Assembly: GCA_020832055.1 (NCBI GenBank)
Contig: JAFIFL010000001.1
Span: forward strand, 1 to 61,369
DNA length: 61,369 bases
Reading direction: 5' to 3'
Source of the DNA: Gammaproteobacteria bacterium
GTDB taxonomy: Bacteria > Pseudomonadota > Gammaproteobacteria > Pseudomonadales > Azotimanducaceae
The position numbers and the translations under genes were made by a program. Below are positions 7,782 to 17,103 of this stretch, piece after piece (the first letter of the stretch is position 1; every line of letters begins with the position of its first letter). Under the pieces are notes generated by a model that did not search any database, was not told the DNA's origin, and worked only from the letters and a program-made list of their open reading frames with translations.

Positions 7782-10702
7782 GGATCCCGGGGTGTGACGC
7801 CCGAACTGGGCCAGGACAGCAGTACAGTGAGCATCTCCTCGATGCCGCAGGGACGCCCGTAGAGGAAGCCCTGGCCGTACTCGCACCCATGTCGTTCGAG
7901 GAAGGCAGCCTGAGCCTCCGTCTCCACCCCTTCGGCCACCACGGCGAGATTGAGTTGATGGGCCATGGCGATCACCGCTGCCATGATGGCCATGTCGTCC
8001 GCATTGTCGGGAATGTCGCTGACGAAGCCACGGTCCACCTTGATCAGGTCGATGGGCAGGCGCTTCAAGTCGTTGAGCGACGAGTAGCCGATGCCGAAGT
8101 CATCAATGGACAGTCTCACACCGAGTTTGCGCAGGGCGCTGAGACTGCTGATGGCCACTGCGACGTTGCCCATGAGCATGGTCTCGGTGATTTCGAGTTC
8201 GAGGCAGCCAGGATCGAGCTCGGCAGCGAGGAGGGCAGCGCTGACGTTTTCGGGCAGATGGGGGTCTGAGAGCTGCCGTGGGGACAGGTTGACGGCGACA
8301 TGGAGGGGCAGGCCGCTGGCGCTGCGCATTCGGGCCGCGTCCCCGCAGGCATGCCGCAGCACCCACTGTCCGATCTCGACGATGAGACCGCTGTCCTCGG
8401 CAATCTGCATGAACTGCTCCGCGTGCAGCAGCCCGCGCTCGGGGTGCGTCCAGCGCAGCAGGGCCTCGACGCCCACGACCTCGCCGCCGCTGAGGCGGAC
8501 TTTGGGCTGATAGTGGAGCCCGAAGTGGCCGCTGGCCGGGCTGCTGGCCGGGCTGCTGGCGAGGCTGCTGCGCAGGTCGTTTTCCAGCAGCAGCCGCTCC
8601 ATGGCCCGGGTGTTCATTTCCTCTGCGAAGAACTGGTAGTTGTCCCGACCGCGCTCCTTGGCCCGATACATGGCGAGATCGGCGTTCTTGGTCAGTGTGG
8701 CCGGGTCGGTGCCGTCGTCCGGCGTCAGGGTGATGCCGATACTGGCAGTGACCCGCACCTCGTGACTGCCGAGGACGATGGGTTCCTGAAGCTGGCGCAG
8801 GACCTTGCGTGCCACCTTGCCTGCGGCCCGGGCATCCTGAACTTCCTGCAGCAGGATTGTGAATTCGTCGCCCCCTGGCCTAGCCACCGTATCCTCGTCT
8901 CTGACGCAGGTGCGCAGCCGCTCCGCCACGGTCTTCAGCAGCAGGTCGCCGGCCTCGTGGCCGAGGGTGTCGTTGACCCGTTTGAAGTTGTCGAGATCGA
9001 GGTAGAGCAGCGCGGCCGGGCGTCCGTGGCGCAAGGCCTGGCGGACAGCCTGTTCGAGGCGATCGGTGAACAGTCGGCGATTGGCGAGATCGGTGAGGGT
9101 GTCGTAGAACGCCAGCCGCTCCATGCGTTCCTGGCTCTGCTTCATCTCCGTGATGTCGGCCACCTGGACGATCAGGTGCAGGGGGGTGCCGTCGGTGTGG
9201 AGCTGGAGCACCATGTGGCGATTGGTGATCACCTCGGCGCCATTGCCGGTGAGGTAGCGGGCTTCGCCGATGTCCTCCTCGCTCTCACCCGCGATGAGTG
9301 CCTGGCAGTGCGCATTGAAGGGTTCCCTGTCCTCCGCCAACAGCAGACTCTCGGCGGCGGCATCGATGAGGCTGTCGGCATCCCGCTCCAGCAGCTCACA
9401 CAGGGTGCGATTGACCTGGGTGATCCGGCCGTCCGGGGCCACCAGCATCATGCCGATGGGTGCGCTCTCGAAGGCGCCACGGAAACGGGCCTCGCTCTCG
9501 GCCACGAGCTCCTGGGCCTGACGCAGTTCGCGCATGTCCTTGATCAGGGTGATCGCGCAGGGGTCGCCCTGAATGTCCACGACGGTGGTGGACACCAGCG
9601 CCGGGATCGGGCCGTCCGGACCAGTGAGCGTCAGTTCCGCCGTGGTGTAGCCGCCAGCATCTTCACCGCGCACGTCCCGATCTTCGATGAGCGCCGTCCA
9701 CTGGCTTCGCAGCTCCGCCAGCGGCAGCTGCGGCTCGAGTTCGTGGGCGCCATGGCCCACCAGCCCGGCGCGGGGGCGCTGCAGCAGGGCGACGAAATGG
9801 TCGTTGACGTCGATGACCAGATCGTCGGCAAGGCGGGTGATCAGCATGGCGTCCGGATTGCGATGAAAGACCCGGGCGAACTTGTCCTCGCTCTCCCGCA
9901 GGGCAGTCTCGGTACGGCGGCGGGCGCTGATGTCGCGCAGGACCACCATGACGCAGAGTTCGCCGTCGACTTGTGCATAGCGGCCTGAAAGGCTGGTTTC
10001 CCGGGCGCGGCCGTCGACGGTGATGACCACCGTCTCGAGATCGACCACATGGTTCTCGGTTTCGAGCATCTCGAAGAAACGGACGAAATCGTTGCTGTCG
10101 GCGACTCGCAGGAGCTCGGAGGCAGGTCGGCCGATGCCGTTGTTCCGCTCATGGCCGGTGAGCTGCGTGAAGGCTTCGTTGAAATCCAGGGCGATGCCGT
10201 TGCTGCTTCGCGTCAGCAGAATGGCGTCGCGACTGGTCTCGAACAGGGCGGCGAAGCGGGTTGCGCTGTGCCCGGCGGCGCTTGCGGTGAGGTCGTGAAA
10301 ACCGGCTTCGCTTGCGGGCAGCGTCATGCCGGTGTCCGGGTGATCCGCGGGTTGCCGCGACCATGATCCGGGCAGCCACCACCGGCCGCCGGCCAGGCGG
10401 TCCGACAGCAGGGCCAGAACCGGGATGGCCCAGGTGAGGATGAGCACCAGCGCAGTCGACAGCGGCACCTGCGGCCGCTGCAGACCGGATTCCCACAGGG
10501 CGAGGCCCGTCACCACCGAGGTTCCCAGCACCGCGATGATCAGCGCGACAAGAAGGCGTTGCATCACTGCAGCAAGCATCGCAGCAGGCAGCAGGGGCAG
10601 GAAAGCGGCCGGGTGGTGCACCGCGATGGGTAACAGCAGGCCAAGCGCGGCGAGCAGCAGGATGACTGCTGCCATGATCCGCTGCTGACCCCTGCGCCCC
10701 AT
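7727..10702 (-). CDS. Membrane-anchored PAS/PAC - GGDEF - EAL c-di-GMP signalling protein
   Basis: Track ORF 7727..10849 trimmed to the ATG at 10702 (MGRRGQQRIMAAVILLL...). N-terminal TM segments and three PAS-like blocks. GGDEF motif RPGGDEFTILL. EAL motifs EALLRW, ELEITE and DDFGIGYSSL. Confidence 0.9.
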   Translation of the reverse strand: MGRRGQQRIMAAVILLLAALGLLLPIAVHHPAAFLPLLPAAMLAAVMQRLLVALIIAVLGTSVVTGLALWESGLQRPQVPLSTALVLILTWAIPVLALLSDRLAGGRWWLPGSWSRQPADHPDTGMTLPASEAGFHDLTASAAGHSATRFAALFETSRDAILLTRSSNGIALDFNEAFTQLTGHERNNGIGRPASELLRVADSNDFVRFFEMLETENHVVDLETVVITVDGRARETSLSGRYAQVDGELCVMVVLRDISARRRTETALRESEDKFARVFHRNPDAMLITRLADDLVIDVNDHFVALLQRPRAGLVGHGAHELEPQLPLAELRSQWTALIEDRDVRGEDAGGYTTAELTLTGPDGPIPALVSTTVVDIQGDPCAITLIKDMRELRQAQELVAESEARFRGAFESAPIGMMLVAPDGRITQVNRTLCELLERDADSLIDAAAESLLLAEDREPFNAHCQALIAGESEEDIGEARYLTGNGAEVITNRHMVLQLHTDGTPLHLIVQVADITEMKQSQERMERLAFYDTLTDLANRRLFTDRLEQAVRQALRHGRPAALLYLDLDNFKRVNDTLGHEAGDLLLKTVAERLRTCVRDEDTVARPGGDEFTILLQEVQDARAAGKVARKVLRQLQEPIVLGSHEVRVTASIGITLTPDDGTDPATLTKNADLAMYRAKERGRDNYQFFAEEMNTRAMERLLLENDLRSSLASSPASSPASGHFGLHYQPKVRLSGGEVVGVEALLRWTHPERGLLHAEQFMQIAEDSGLIVEIGQWVLRHACGDAARMRSASGLPLHVAVNLSPRQLSDPHLPENVSAALLAAELDPGCLELEITETMLMGNVAVAISSLSALRKLGVRLSIDDFGIGYSSLNDLKRLPIDLIKVDRGFVSDIPDNADDMAIMAAVIAMAHQLNLAVVAEGVETEAQAAFLERHGCEYGQGFLYGRPCGIEEMLTVLLSWPSSGVTPRDPQKSSKKASKSSSGGSPS
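8529..8576 (-). repeat. 4 x 12-nt imperfect tandem repeat inside the GGDEF-EAL linker
   Basis: Plus strand reads GCCGCTGGCCGG GCTGCTGGCCGG GCTGCTGGCGAG GCTGCTGCGCAG. On the minus strand it encodes SSLASSPASSPASG between the two catalytic domains. Confidence 0.8.
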
Positions 10703-10864
10703 GGCTGTTCCCGAATCCAGTGAAGCGACCCTTGCAGCCGGCGCATTCCATTCGCTGCCGCCCCGCATTCCGGCCCGGCAGGTCGTGGGCCGGGTCGCGT
10801 CGATTCTACTGTGGAACGCCGGCGGCGTCGCCGCGCCGCGGGGACGCAACCTTCCCGGCAGGGG

Positions 10865-11242
10865 TCAGCGCATCAGCTCCAGGGGGGCGACACCCATCAA
10901 TGCCCCGAAACGCTTCAGTTGCTGGCGGTGGTTGGCGGGCAGCCGCAGACGCTCCATGGCCTGCTCGCCCTGGCTGCAGAGCAGATAGCGGAAACAGTCC
11001 TTCAGCGGTTCCTCGCCGCCGAGGATGTCCCGCCCACGGTCGTTCAGAAAGTCGTAGAAGGCTTCGAGTTCTTCCCCGCCGAGGCCGGCCCGTCCCGGTT
11101 CGAGGACGGCATTGGTCCAGAGGGTCGCCAGATAGACGCGATAGCGTTCGGTATCCAGGAACTGATCGGTCACCGTCGAAAGGCGTTCGATCTCGCCGAG
11201 GATGTCCTGATAGCGCGCCTCGAGGCTGTCGTCCTGTTCCAT
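10865..11242 (-). CDS. Hypothetical protein (125 aa, acidic, helical)
   Basis: Track ORF 10865..11308 trimmed to the ATG at 11242 (MEQDDSLEARYQDILGEIERL...). I recognise no family. Same strand as, and upstream of, the GGDEF-EAL gene. Confidence 0.5.
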   Translation of the reverse strand: MEQDDSLEARYQDILGEIERLSTVTDQFLDTERYRVYLATLWTNAVLEPGRAGLGGEELEAFYDFLNDRGRDILGGEEPLKDCFRYLLCSQGEQAMERLRLPANHRQQLKRFGALMGVAPLELMR

Positions 11243-11431
11243 GGGTGAAGCCGCTCGAGTCTGTTGCTGCCAGTGCGCCCATGGTAACCGCTGGACGGGT
11301 CGCTGCAATCGGCGATGACCCGGCAGCGCTGCCGGCGGTGGCGGACTCTCGGATCCGCGCGTTGCATTGCCCGGGCGTCGGCGCTAATGTCCGGCGCCGG
11401 TTCTGCGGGCGCAGTCAGAGGTCACACAGAT

Positions 11432-12571
11432 ATGCCACAAGCCCTGGTATTCGATCCCGTGCGGCTGCCGCCGGCGGCGGAGGCCCTGCGCAGTGAGGTG
11501 CGCGCCTTCGTCGCCGACAACCTCGACAGCGACCTCCTGAAGAGTTCGGACTTCGGCTCCGGCCACGATGCGGCGTTCAGTCGGGCGCTGGGCGCCCGCG
11601 GCTGGATCGGCATGACCTGGCCGGCGAAATACGGTGGCGGTGACCGCAGCTTCTTCGAGCGCTACGTGGTCACTGAAGAACTGCTGGCGGCTGGGGCGCC
11701 GGTGGAGGCGCACTGGATTGCCGACCGCCAGAGCGGCCCGGTGCTGCTGCGCTATGGCACCGAGGCCCAGCGCGAGTTCTTCCTGCCGCGGATCATAAGG
11801 GGCGAGTGTTTCTTCTCCATCGGCATGAGCGAGCCGGATTCCGGTTCGGATCTGGCCTCGGTGCGCACCTCGGCCACCCGGGTGGACGGTGGCTGGGTCG
11901 TCAACGGCACCAAGTTGTGGACCAGCGGCGCTCATCGCAACCATTACATGATCACGCTGGTGCGCACCGAACCCCAGGGCGAGAACCGCCACGCCGGGCT
12001 GTCGCAACTGATTGTGGACCTCAAGAACCCTGAGGGCCTGACCATCCGTCCCATCGCCAACATGGCGGGCGATCGGGACTTCAACGAGGTGGTGTTCGAG
12101 GACTGTTTCGTACCTGACGCGCATGTGCTCGGCACGCCCGGCAACGGCTGGGAGCAGGTCACCAGCGAACTGGGCTATGAGCGCAGCGGCCCGGAGCGCT
12201 TTCTGTCGTCCTTCCGGCTGCTGGTGGAACTGATCCGGGCCGTGGGGCCGGCTCCCGAGCCTGCCCAGGCGGCAGCCATCGGCAGGCTGGCCGGGCAGCT
12301 CACGACCCTGCGCAAGATCTCCATCTCGGTGGCGGGCATGCTGCAGAGCGGTCGCAACCCCATCGTGGAAGCGGCGCTGGTCAAGGAACTCGGCAACAAT
12401 TTCGAGAAGGAGCTGCCGGAGGTGGTGCGGCTGGTGGCGCCTGCGGCAGCAGGAAGACTGTTCCAGCGCACGCTGGAGGACACGCTGTTGCATGCGCCGT
12501 CGTTCTCGCTGCGCGGTGGCACACGGGAAATTCTCCGGGGCATGATCGCAAGAGGACTTGGACTCCGATGA
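11432..12571 (+). CDS. Acyl-CoA dehydrogenase family protein (subunit 1 of a tandem pair)
   Basis: Track ORF 11315..12571 trimmed to the ATG at 11432 (MPQALVFDP...). ACAD blocks: GWIGMTWPAKYGG, FFSIGMSEPDSGSDLASV, GTKLWTSGAH. Confidence 0.85.
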   Translation: MPQALVFDPVRLPPAAEALRSEVRAFVADNLDSDLLKSSDFGSGHDAAFSRALGARGWIGMTWPAKYGGGDRSFFERYVVTEELLAAGAPVEAHWIADRQSGPVLLRYGTEAQREFFLPRIIRGECFFSIGMSEPDSGSDLASVRTSATRVDGGWVVNGTKLWTSGAHRNHYMITLVRTEPQGENRHAGLSQLIVDLKNPEGLTIRPIANMAGDRDFNEVVFEDCFVPDAHVLGTPGNGWEQVTSELGYERSGPERFLSSFRLLVELIRAVGPAPEPAQAAAIGRLAGQLTTLRKISISVAGMLQSGRNPIVEAALVKELGNNFEKELPEVVRLVAPAAAGRLFQRTLEDTLLHAPSFSLRGGTREILRGMIARGLGLR

Positions 12572-13722
12572 GCAGTGCAACAGACAACCCCGAACACGGC
12601 GAAGCCGGTCGCATGATCGCAGACACCGCTGATCGCCTGTTGCGCGAGCAATGCAGCAAGGAACTGGTGGACGCTGCCGAGGCCGGCACGTGGCCCGCGG
12701 CACTGTGGCAGACGCTCATGGAGACCGGGCTGCCCTGGGCCTCGGCACCGGAACGCCTTGGCGGCTCAGCCCTGGCTCTGCCGGAAGCATTGGGTCTGCT
12801 GCGTCTGGTGGGTGCCCATGCCGCCCCGGTACCGCTGGCCGAAACCCTGGTCGCATCGGCTCTCCTCGGCGAGGACGACAGCGTCACGGAGCTGCCTGAA
12901 GGCCCCCTGGTGCCGCTGCTCGCGAGTGCAACGGATGACTTCACGGCGCGTCTGGCGGACGGCGGCTGGGTGCTGGATGGCTCCATTGCCGACGTGCCCT
13001 TCGCGCCGGTGGCCGAGCTTCTGGTCGTGGCTGTGGAGGCCGGTGACACGCTGACACTGCTGCGCGTCGATCCGGCCTCGGTGCAGCTTCAGGCCGGTCG
13101 CAATATTGCCGGCGAGCCGATGGCGACCGTGGCCTTTGCCGGCCATCGCGTGGCCCCATCACACTGCAGCCGCTGTGTCAGTCTCGGCAATGCCGAGGAA
13201 CTGCTGGCGCTGTTGGCGCTGACCCGGGCCCTGATGTCCGCAGGGGCCATGCAGTCCCTGCTCGACATGTCGGTCGGTTATGCGCTGGAGCGCAAGCAGT
13301 TCGGACGCACCATCGCGGGCTTCCAGGCCGTGCAGCAGCAGCTGGCCGTGCTGGCCGGTGAGGCTGCTGCCGCCATTCGGGCTGCCGACGGCGGCGTGGA
13401 AGCCTTCGCTGAGGTCTTTCGTGACGATGCCTCCGGTGATCCGGAGAGTCGTGCCCGGCGCATGGCCATGGCCATTCAGGAAGCCGGTGTCGCCAAGGCG
13501 CGCACCGGGGAGGCGGCCGGTCGCGGTGCGGAGATCGCCCATCAGGTCCACGGTGCCATGGGCTTCACCTACGAGCACCGTCTGCATCAGCGCACTCGGC
13601 GGCTGTGGGCGTGGCGGGATCAGTACGGTACCGAGACTTTCTGGCAGGCACGTTTCGGCAGGCAGCTTTGCGCGGCGGGCGCCGATGCCCTCTGGGACAT
13701 CCTGACGCGCCCTGTAGCTTGA
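12568..13722 (+). CDS. Acyl-CoA dehydrogenase family protein (subunit 2 of a tandem pair)
   Basis: 384-aa ORF whose ATG overlaps the stop of the previous ACAD gene (ATGA). C-terminal ACAD block QVHGAMGFTYEHRLH. The N-terminal half is more diverged. Confidence 0.75.
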   Translation: MSSATDNPEHGEAGRMIADTADRLLREQCSKELVDAAEAGTWPAALWQTLMETGLPWASAPERLGGSALALPEALGLLRLVGAHAAPVPLAETLVASALLGEDDSVTELPEGPLVPLLASATDDFTARLADGGWVLDGSIADVPFAPVAELLVVAVEAGDTLTLLRVDPASVQLQAGRNIAGEPMATVAFAGHRVAPSHCSRCVSLGNAEELLALLALTRALMSAGAMQSLLDMSVGYALERKQFGRTIAGFQAVQQQLAVLAGEAAAAIRAADGGVEAFAEVFRDDASGDPESRARRMAMAIQEAGVAKARTGEAAGRGAEIAHQVHGAMGFTYEHRLHQRTRRLWAWRDQYGTETFWQARFGRQLCAAGADALWDILTRPVA

Positions 13723-13729
13723 GTCCCGC

Positions 13730-15145
13730 GTGAGGGCATCCGAGCTGGTCTGGTTTCGCAACGACCTGCGTTGCCGGGATCAGGCGGCGCTGGCGCAGGC
13801 CTCAGAGCGCGGCAGCGTGGTGGGCGTATATTGCTTCTGTCCGGGACAGCTCACCGCTCACGGCGTCGGTGGCAACCGGGTAGCTTTCCTGCTGCGCTGT
13901 GTCGCCGAGCTGTCCCGGGAACTCGGGCAGCTTGGCATTGCCCTGAAGATCATCGAAGCGGACACCTTCGCCGAGGTCCCCGAAGCGCTGCGCGCCCTGG
14001 CCCTCGAACTGGGCGTCAGGCGGCTCTGGTTCAATGCCGAGTATCCGCTCAACGAGCGTCGTCGCGATGGGGCGGTGACCGCGGCGCTGCAAGCGGAAGG
14101 CATCGCGATCGAGCGTTTCGACGACACGGTCATCCGGGCCCCGGGGACGGTGCTGACCCAGGCCGGCACCCCCTACACGGTGTTCACGCCCTTTCGTCGA
14201 CGCTGGCTCGAATCCATCGGTCCGGGCGACCTGGCACCGCGGCTGCCGCCGCGCCCGCAGGCAGGGCCTGACATACCGTCCGTTCCGGTGCCGTCACTGC
14301 CGGAACGATTCGTGGCGACCGCACCAGAAGCGCTCTGGCCCGGTGGTGAAGCACCGGCTCAGGAACGTCTCGAACGCTTCCTCGAATCCGCAGTGGACGG
14401 TTACGACAAGCAGCGGGATTTCCCGGCTCTGGATGGCACCAGCACGCTGTCGCCCTGGCTGGCCGTGGGTGCCATCTCCCCCCGCCAGTGCCTGCACGCC
14501 GTCGTTGCGCGCAACGACGGCCGGCTCGATGGCGGCTCCCGGGGTGCTGCGACCTGGATCACGGAGCTGATCTGGCGGGAATTCTATCGGCACGTCATGG
14601 CCGCGTTCGTGCATGTCTCGAAGGGGCATGCATTCCGCCGCGAGTACGATGACCTGCCCTGGCGCGACGACCCGGCGCAGCTTGCAGCCTGGCGTGAAGG
14701 GCGTACCGGGTATCCGCTGGTGGACGCCGCCATGCGGCAACTGGCCGCCACCGGCTGGATGCACAATCGGCTGCGCATGGTGGTGGCCATGTTCCTCTGC
14801 AAGAATCTGCTGCTCGATTGGCGCCACGGGGAGGCCCACTTCATGGACCTGCTGGTGGACGGCGATTTCGCTTCCAACAACGGTGGCTGGCAGTGGAGTG
14901 CCTCCACCGGTACCGACGCCGCGCCGTACTTCCGGATTTTCAATCCCGTGACCCAATCCCGGCGTTTCGATCCCGATGGCCATTTCATCCGTTGCCATGT
15001 CCCTGAACTGGCGGCGCTCGAGGGGGCGAGTCTGCATGCGCCATGGAAGGCGCGCGGCCCGAGTCTGGACTATCCTGAACCCATCGTGGAGACGTCGGCC
15101 TCCCGCCTGCGCGCCATTGAGGTGTTTCGGGCCCAGGCTGGCTGA
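13730..15145 (+). CDS. phrB: Deoxyribodipyrimidine photolyase (class I CPD photolyase)
   Basis: 471-aa ORF with a GTG start. Shows LVWFRNDLRCRD, LSPWLAVGAISPRQ, WREFY, TGYPLVDAAMRQL..TGWMHNRLRM and GGWQW. Confidence 0.92.
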   Translation: MRASELVWFRNDLRCRDQAALAQASERGSVVGVYCFCPGQLTAHGVGGNRVAFLLRCVAELSRELGQLGIALKIIEADTFAEVPEALRALALELGVRRLWFNAEYPLNERRRDGAVTAALQAEGIAIERFDDTVIRAPGTVLTQAGTPYTVFTPFRRRWLESIGPGDLAPRLPPRPQAGPDIPSVPVPSLPERFVATAPEALWPGGEAPAQERLERFLESAVDGYDKQRDFPALDGTSTLSPWLAVGAISPRQCLHAVVARNDGRLDGGSRGAATWITELIWREFYRHVMAAFVHVSKGHAFRREYDDLPWRDDPAQLAAWREGRTGYPLVDAAMRQLAATGWMHNRLRMVVAMFLCKNLLLDWRHGEAHFMDLLVDGDFASNNGGWQWSASTGTDAAPYFRIFNPVTQSRRFDPDGHFIRCHVPELAALEGASLHAPWKARGPSLDYPEPIVETSASRLRAIEVFRAQAG

Positions 15146-15186
15146 GGCAGTCCAGGGCACAGGCAAAGTCGCGAGGACCCAGGCAG

Positions 15187-17103
15187 ATGGTGGCGAAGCG
15201 GTCGAGCCCGAATACCTCGGACAACTCTGGCATCAGCGTGCTGCCGGCTCCGCTGGCGCGGGTGCGACTGGCGGATGGCTGCCTGCTCGAATCCAACGAG
15301 GAGTTGCTGGCGCTGGCCGGCACCGATGTCGATGCCTGGCTTGGGCCGGGCTGGGTGAACCTGCTGTCGGCAAGCGTCGACGCCACGGCAGCGACCACGT
15401 CGGTCACCCGGTTCGATACGGCTGCTGGTGACACGGTCGAAGTGAGAGTCAGGGCTGCCGCCCCGGGCGAGGTCTGGGTGGCGTTCCTGCCCCAGCCGGC
15501 ATCGAAACGGGCTGATGACCTCGGCCGCCTCGTGGCCATGCTGTCCGAAGTCCTGTGGGAGTGGGATCTGCGCAAGGGCAGCGTGAGCTATTTTGGCGAA
15601 GGCGTCCGCGCTCCGGGCTTCGAGGGCAGCTTTCCAGCCACTCCCGAGGCGTGGATGGACATCATTCACGAAGACGAGCGCGCACTGGCCGTGCAGGCCC
15701 TGGGTGACTGTCTGAGCGGTCGCCGGGATCGTTATCGGTTCGAGCACCGGCTGCTGCAGGGCGACGGTCGGTATCGCTGGATGCTCAGCCGCGGTCTGGT
15801 CGTGGAGCGTGATGAAGCCGGTCATCCTTTGCGGGTGATGGGGCTGGTCACGGACATCGAGCGTCGCAGGCAGCGGGAGGAAGAGCGCCTGCGGCTCGAG
15901 GGGCAACTGCGGCAGATGCAGAAACTCGATGCCCTCGGCCAGTTCACCGGGGGCATTGCCCACGATTTCAACAACATCCTTGCCAGTGTCTTAGGCTATG
16001 CAGAACTCGGTCTCCTGGAATCCGGTTCGCAGCCCCTGCGGGATTATCTCGGACAGGTGGTCCGCTCGGCTGAGCGCGGCCGCGATCTCATCAGCAAGCT
16101 GCTGCTCTTCAGTCGCGGCGGGGCGGCCGGGGCGGTGAGGCAGGCTTCGAGTTCCCTGCTGCCGGTGGCGGAAACCCTGCGCATGCTCAGGCCCATGCTG
16201 CCGTCGACGTTGACGGTGGAGTTCGAACAGCAGCCCTCTTTGCCCGACGTGCAGATCGACCCGGGTTCCTTGCAGCAGCTGGTTCTCAACCTGACCATCA
16301 ATGCCCGCGATGCGGTGGGTGAGAACGGCTGGATTCGGATTGCGCTGCGCAGCGGATACGAGGCGGCGACGGCCTGTGCCTCGTGCCCGGGGCAGATCGA
16401 GGCAGGCGAGTGGGTGGCGCTGGAGGTCTCCGACGACGGTGCGGGCATGACCACCGACGTCAGGGCGCGTATCTTCGATCCTTTCTTCAGCACCAAGGAG
16501 TCTGGAGCGGGTTCCGGGTTGGGATTGTCGGTGGTTCATGGCATCGTTCATGAGCATGGTGGCCATGTCCTGATCGATTCGGAGCCCGGTGGCGGTACTC
16601 GATTCACGCTGTTGTTGCGACCTGCCCCGGCAGTGCCGGTGGCGCCGGAGGAGAGCGCGTCGCCGACGGTGATCTCGGGTACCGGCATGACGGTGCTGGT
16701 GGTCGACGACGAACCCGCCATCGGCGCGTGGCTGCGCAGGCTGTTGCAGTTCGAGGGCTTTGAAGTGGAGGTGTATCAGGATTCCGAGGCTGCCCTCAAT
16801 CACTTCGAGGAGCACCCTGAGCGCTGGGATCTGGTCATCACGGATCAATCCATGCCGGGCCTGTCGGGGGTCGAGTTGGCCGATGAACTGCTGGCGCTGC
16901 GTCCGGATATGCCGATACTGATCTGTACGGGCTTCAGTGAGTTCGTCAATGCAGACAATGCCTGCGATCTCGGCTTCTCCGGCTTCCTGCAGAAGCCTGT
17001 GAGCGCCCGAGAACTGCGGGCGGCCATCGGGCGCTGCCTGCCCGCGGTGCAGGGGCCTGCGGCGCAGGGGCAAGCGGCGCAAGGGCGGGGAAGGGTGACA
17101 TGA
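15187..17103 (+). CDS. Hybrid sensor histidine kinase / response regulator with PAS domains
   Basis: 638 aa. PAS/PAC block (YRFEHRLLQGDGRYRWMLSRG). H-box GGIAHDFNNILASV. N/G boxes NLTINARDA, DDGAGM, GSGLGLS. C-terminal receiver VLVVDDE...DLVITDQSMPG...KP. Confidence 0.9.
   Translation: MVAKRSSPNTSDNSGISVLPAPLARVRLADGCLLESNEELLALAGTDVDAWLGPGWVNLLSASVDATAATTSVTRFDTAAGDTVEVRVRAAAPGEVWVAFLPQPASKRADDLGRLVAMLSEVLWEWDLRKGSVSYFGEGVRAPGFEGSFPATPEAWMDIIHEDERALAVQALGDCLSGRRDRYRFEHRLLQGDGRYRWMLSRGLVVERDEAGHPLRVMGLVTDIERRRQREEERLRLEGQLRQMQKLDALGQFTGGIAHDFNNILASVLGYAELGLLESGSQPLRDYLGQVVRSAERGRDLISKLLLFSRGGAAGAVRQASSSLLPVAETLRMLRPMLPSTLTVEFEQQPSLPDVQIDPGSLQQLVLNLTINARDAVGENGWIRIALRSGYEAATACASCPGQIEAGEWVALEVSDDGAGMTTDVRARIFDPFFSTKESGAGSGLGLSVVHGIVHEHGGHVLIDSEPGGGTRFTLLLRPAPAVPVAPEESASPTVISGTGMTVLVVDDEPAIGAWLRRLLQFEGFEVEVYQDSEAALNHFEEHPERWDLVITDQSMPGLSGVELADELLALRPDMPILICTGFSEFVNADNACDLGFSGFLQKPVSARELRAAIGRCLPAVQGPAAQGQAAQGRGRVT

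Noticed and set aside
17040-17100. Short GCGGCGCA(G/A)GGGC repeats encoding PAAQGQAAQGRG at the C-terminus of the hybrid kinase.
   Set aside because: It is a very short low-complexity tail immediately before the overlapping start of the next gene, and is probably incidental.
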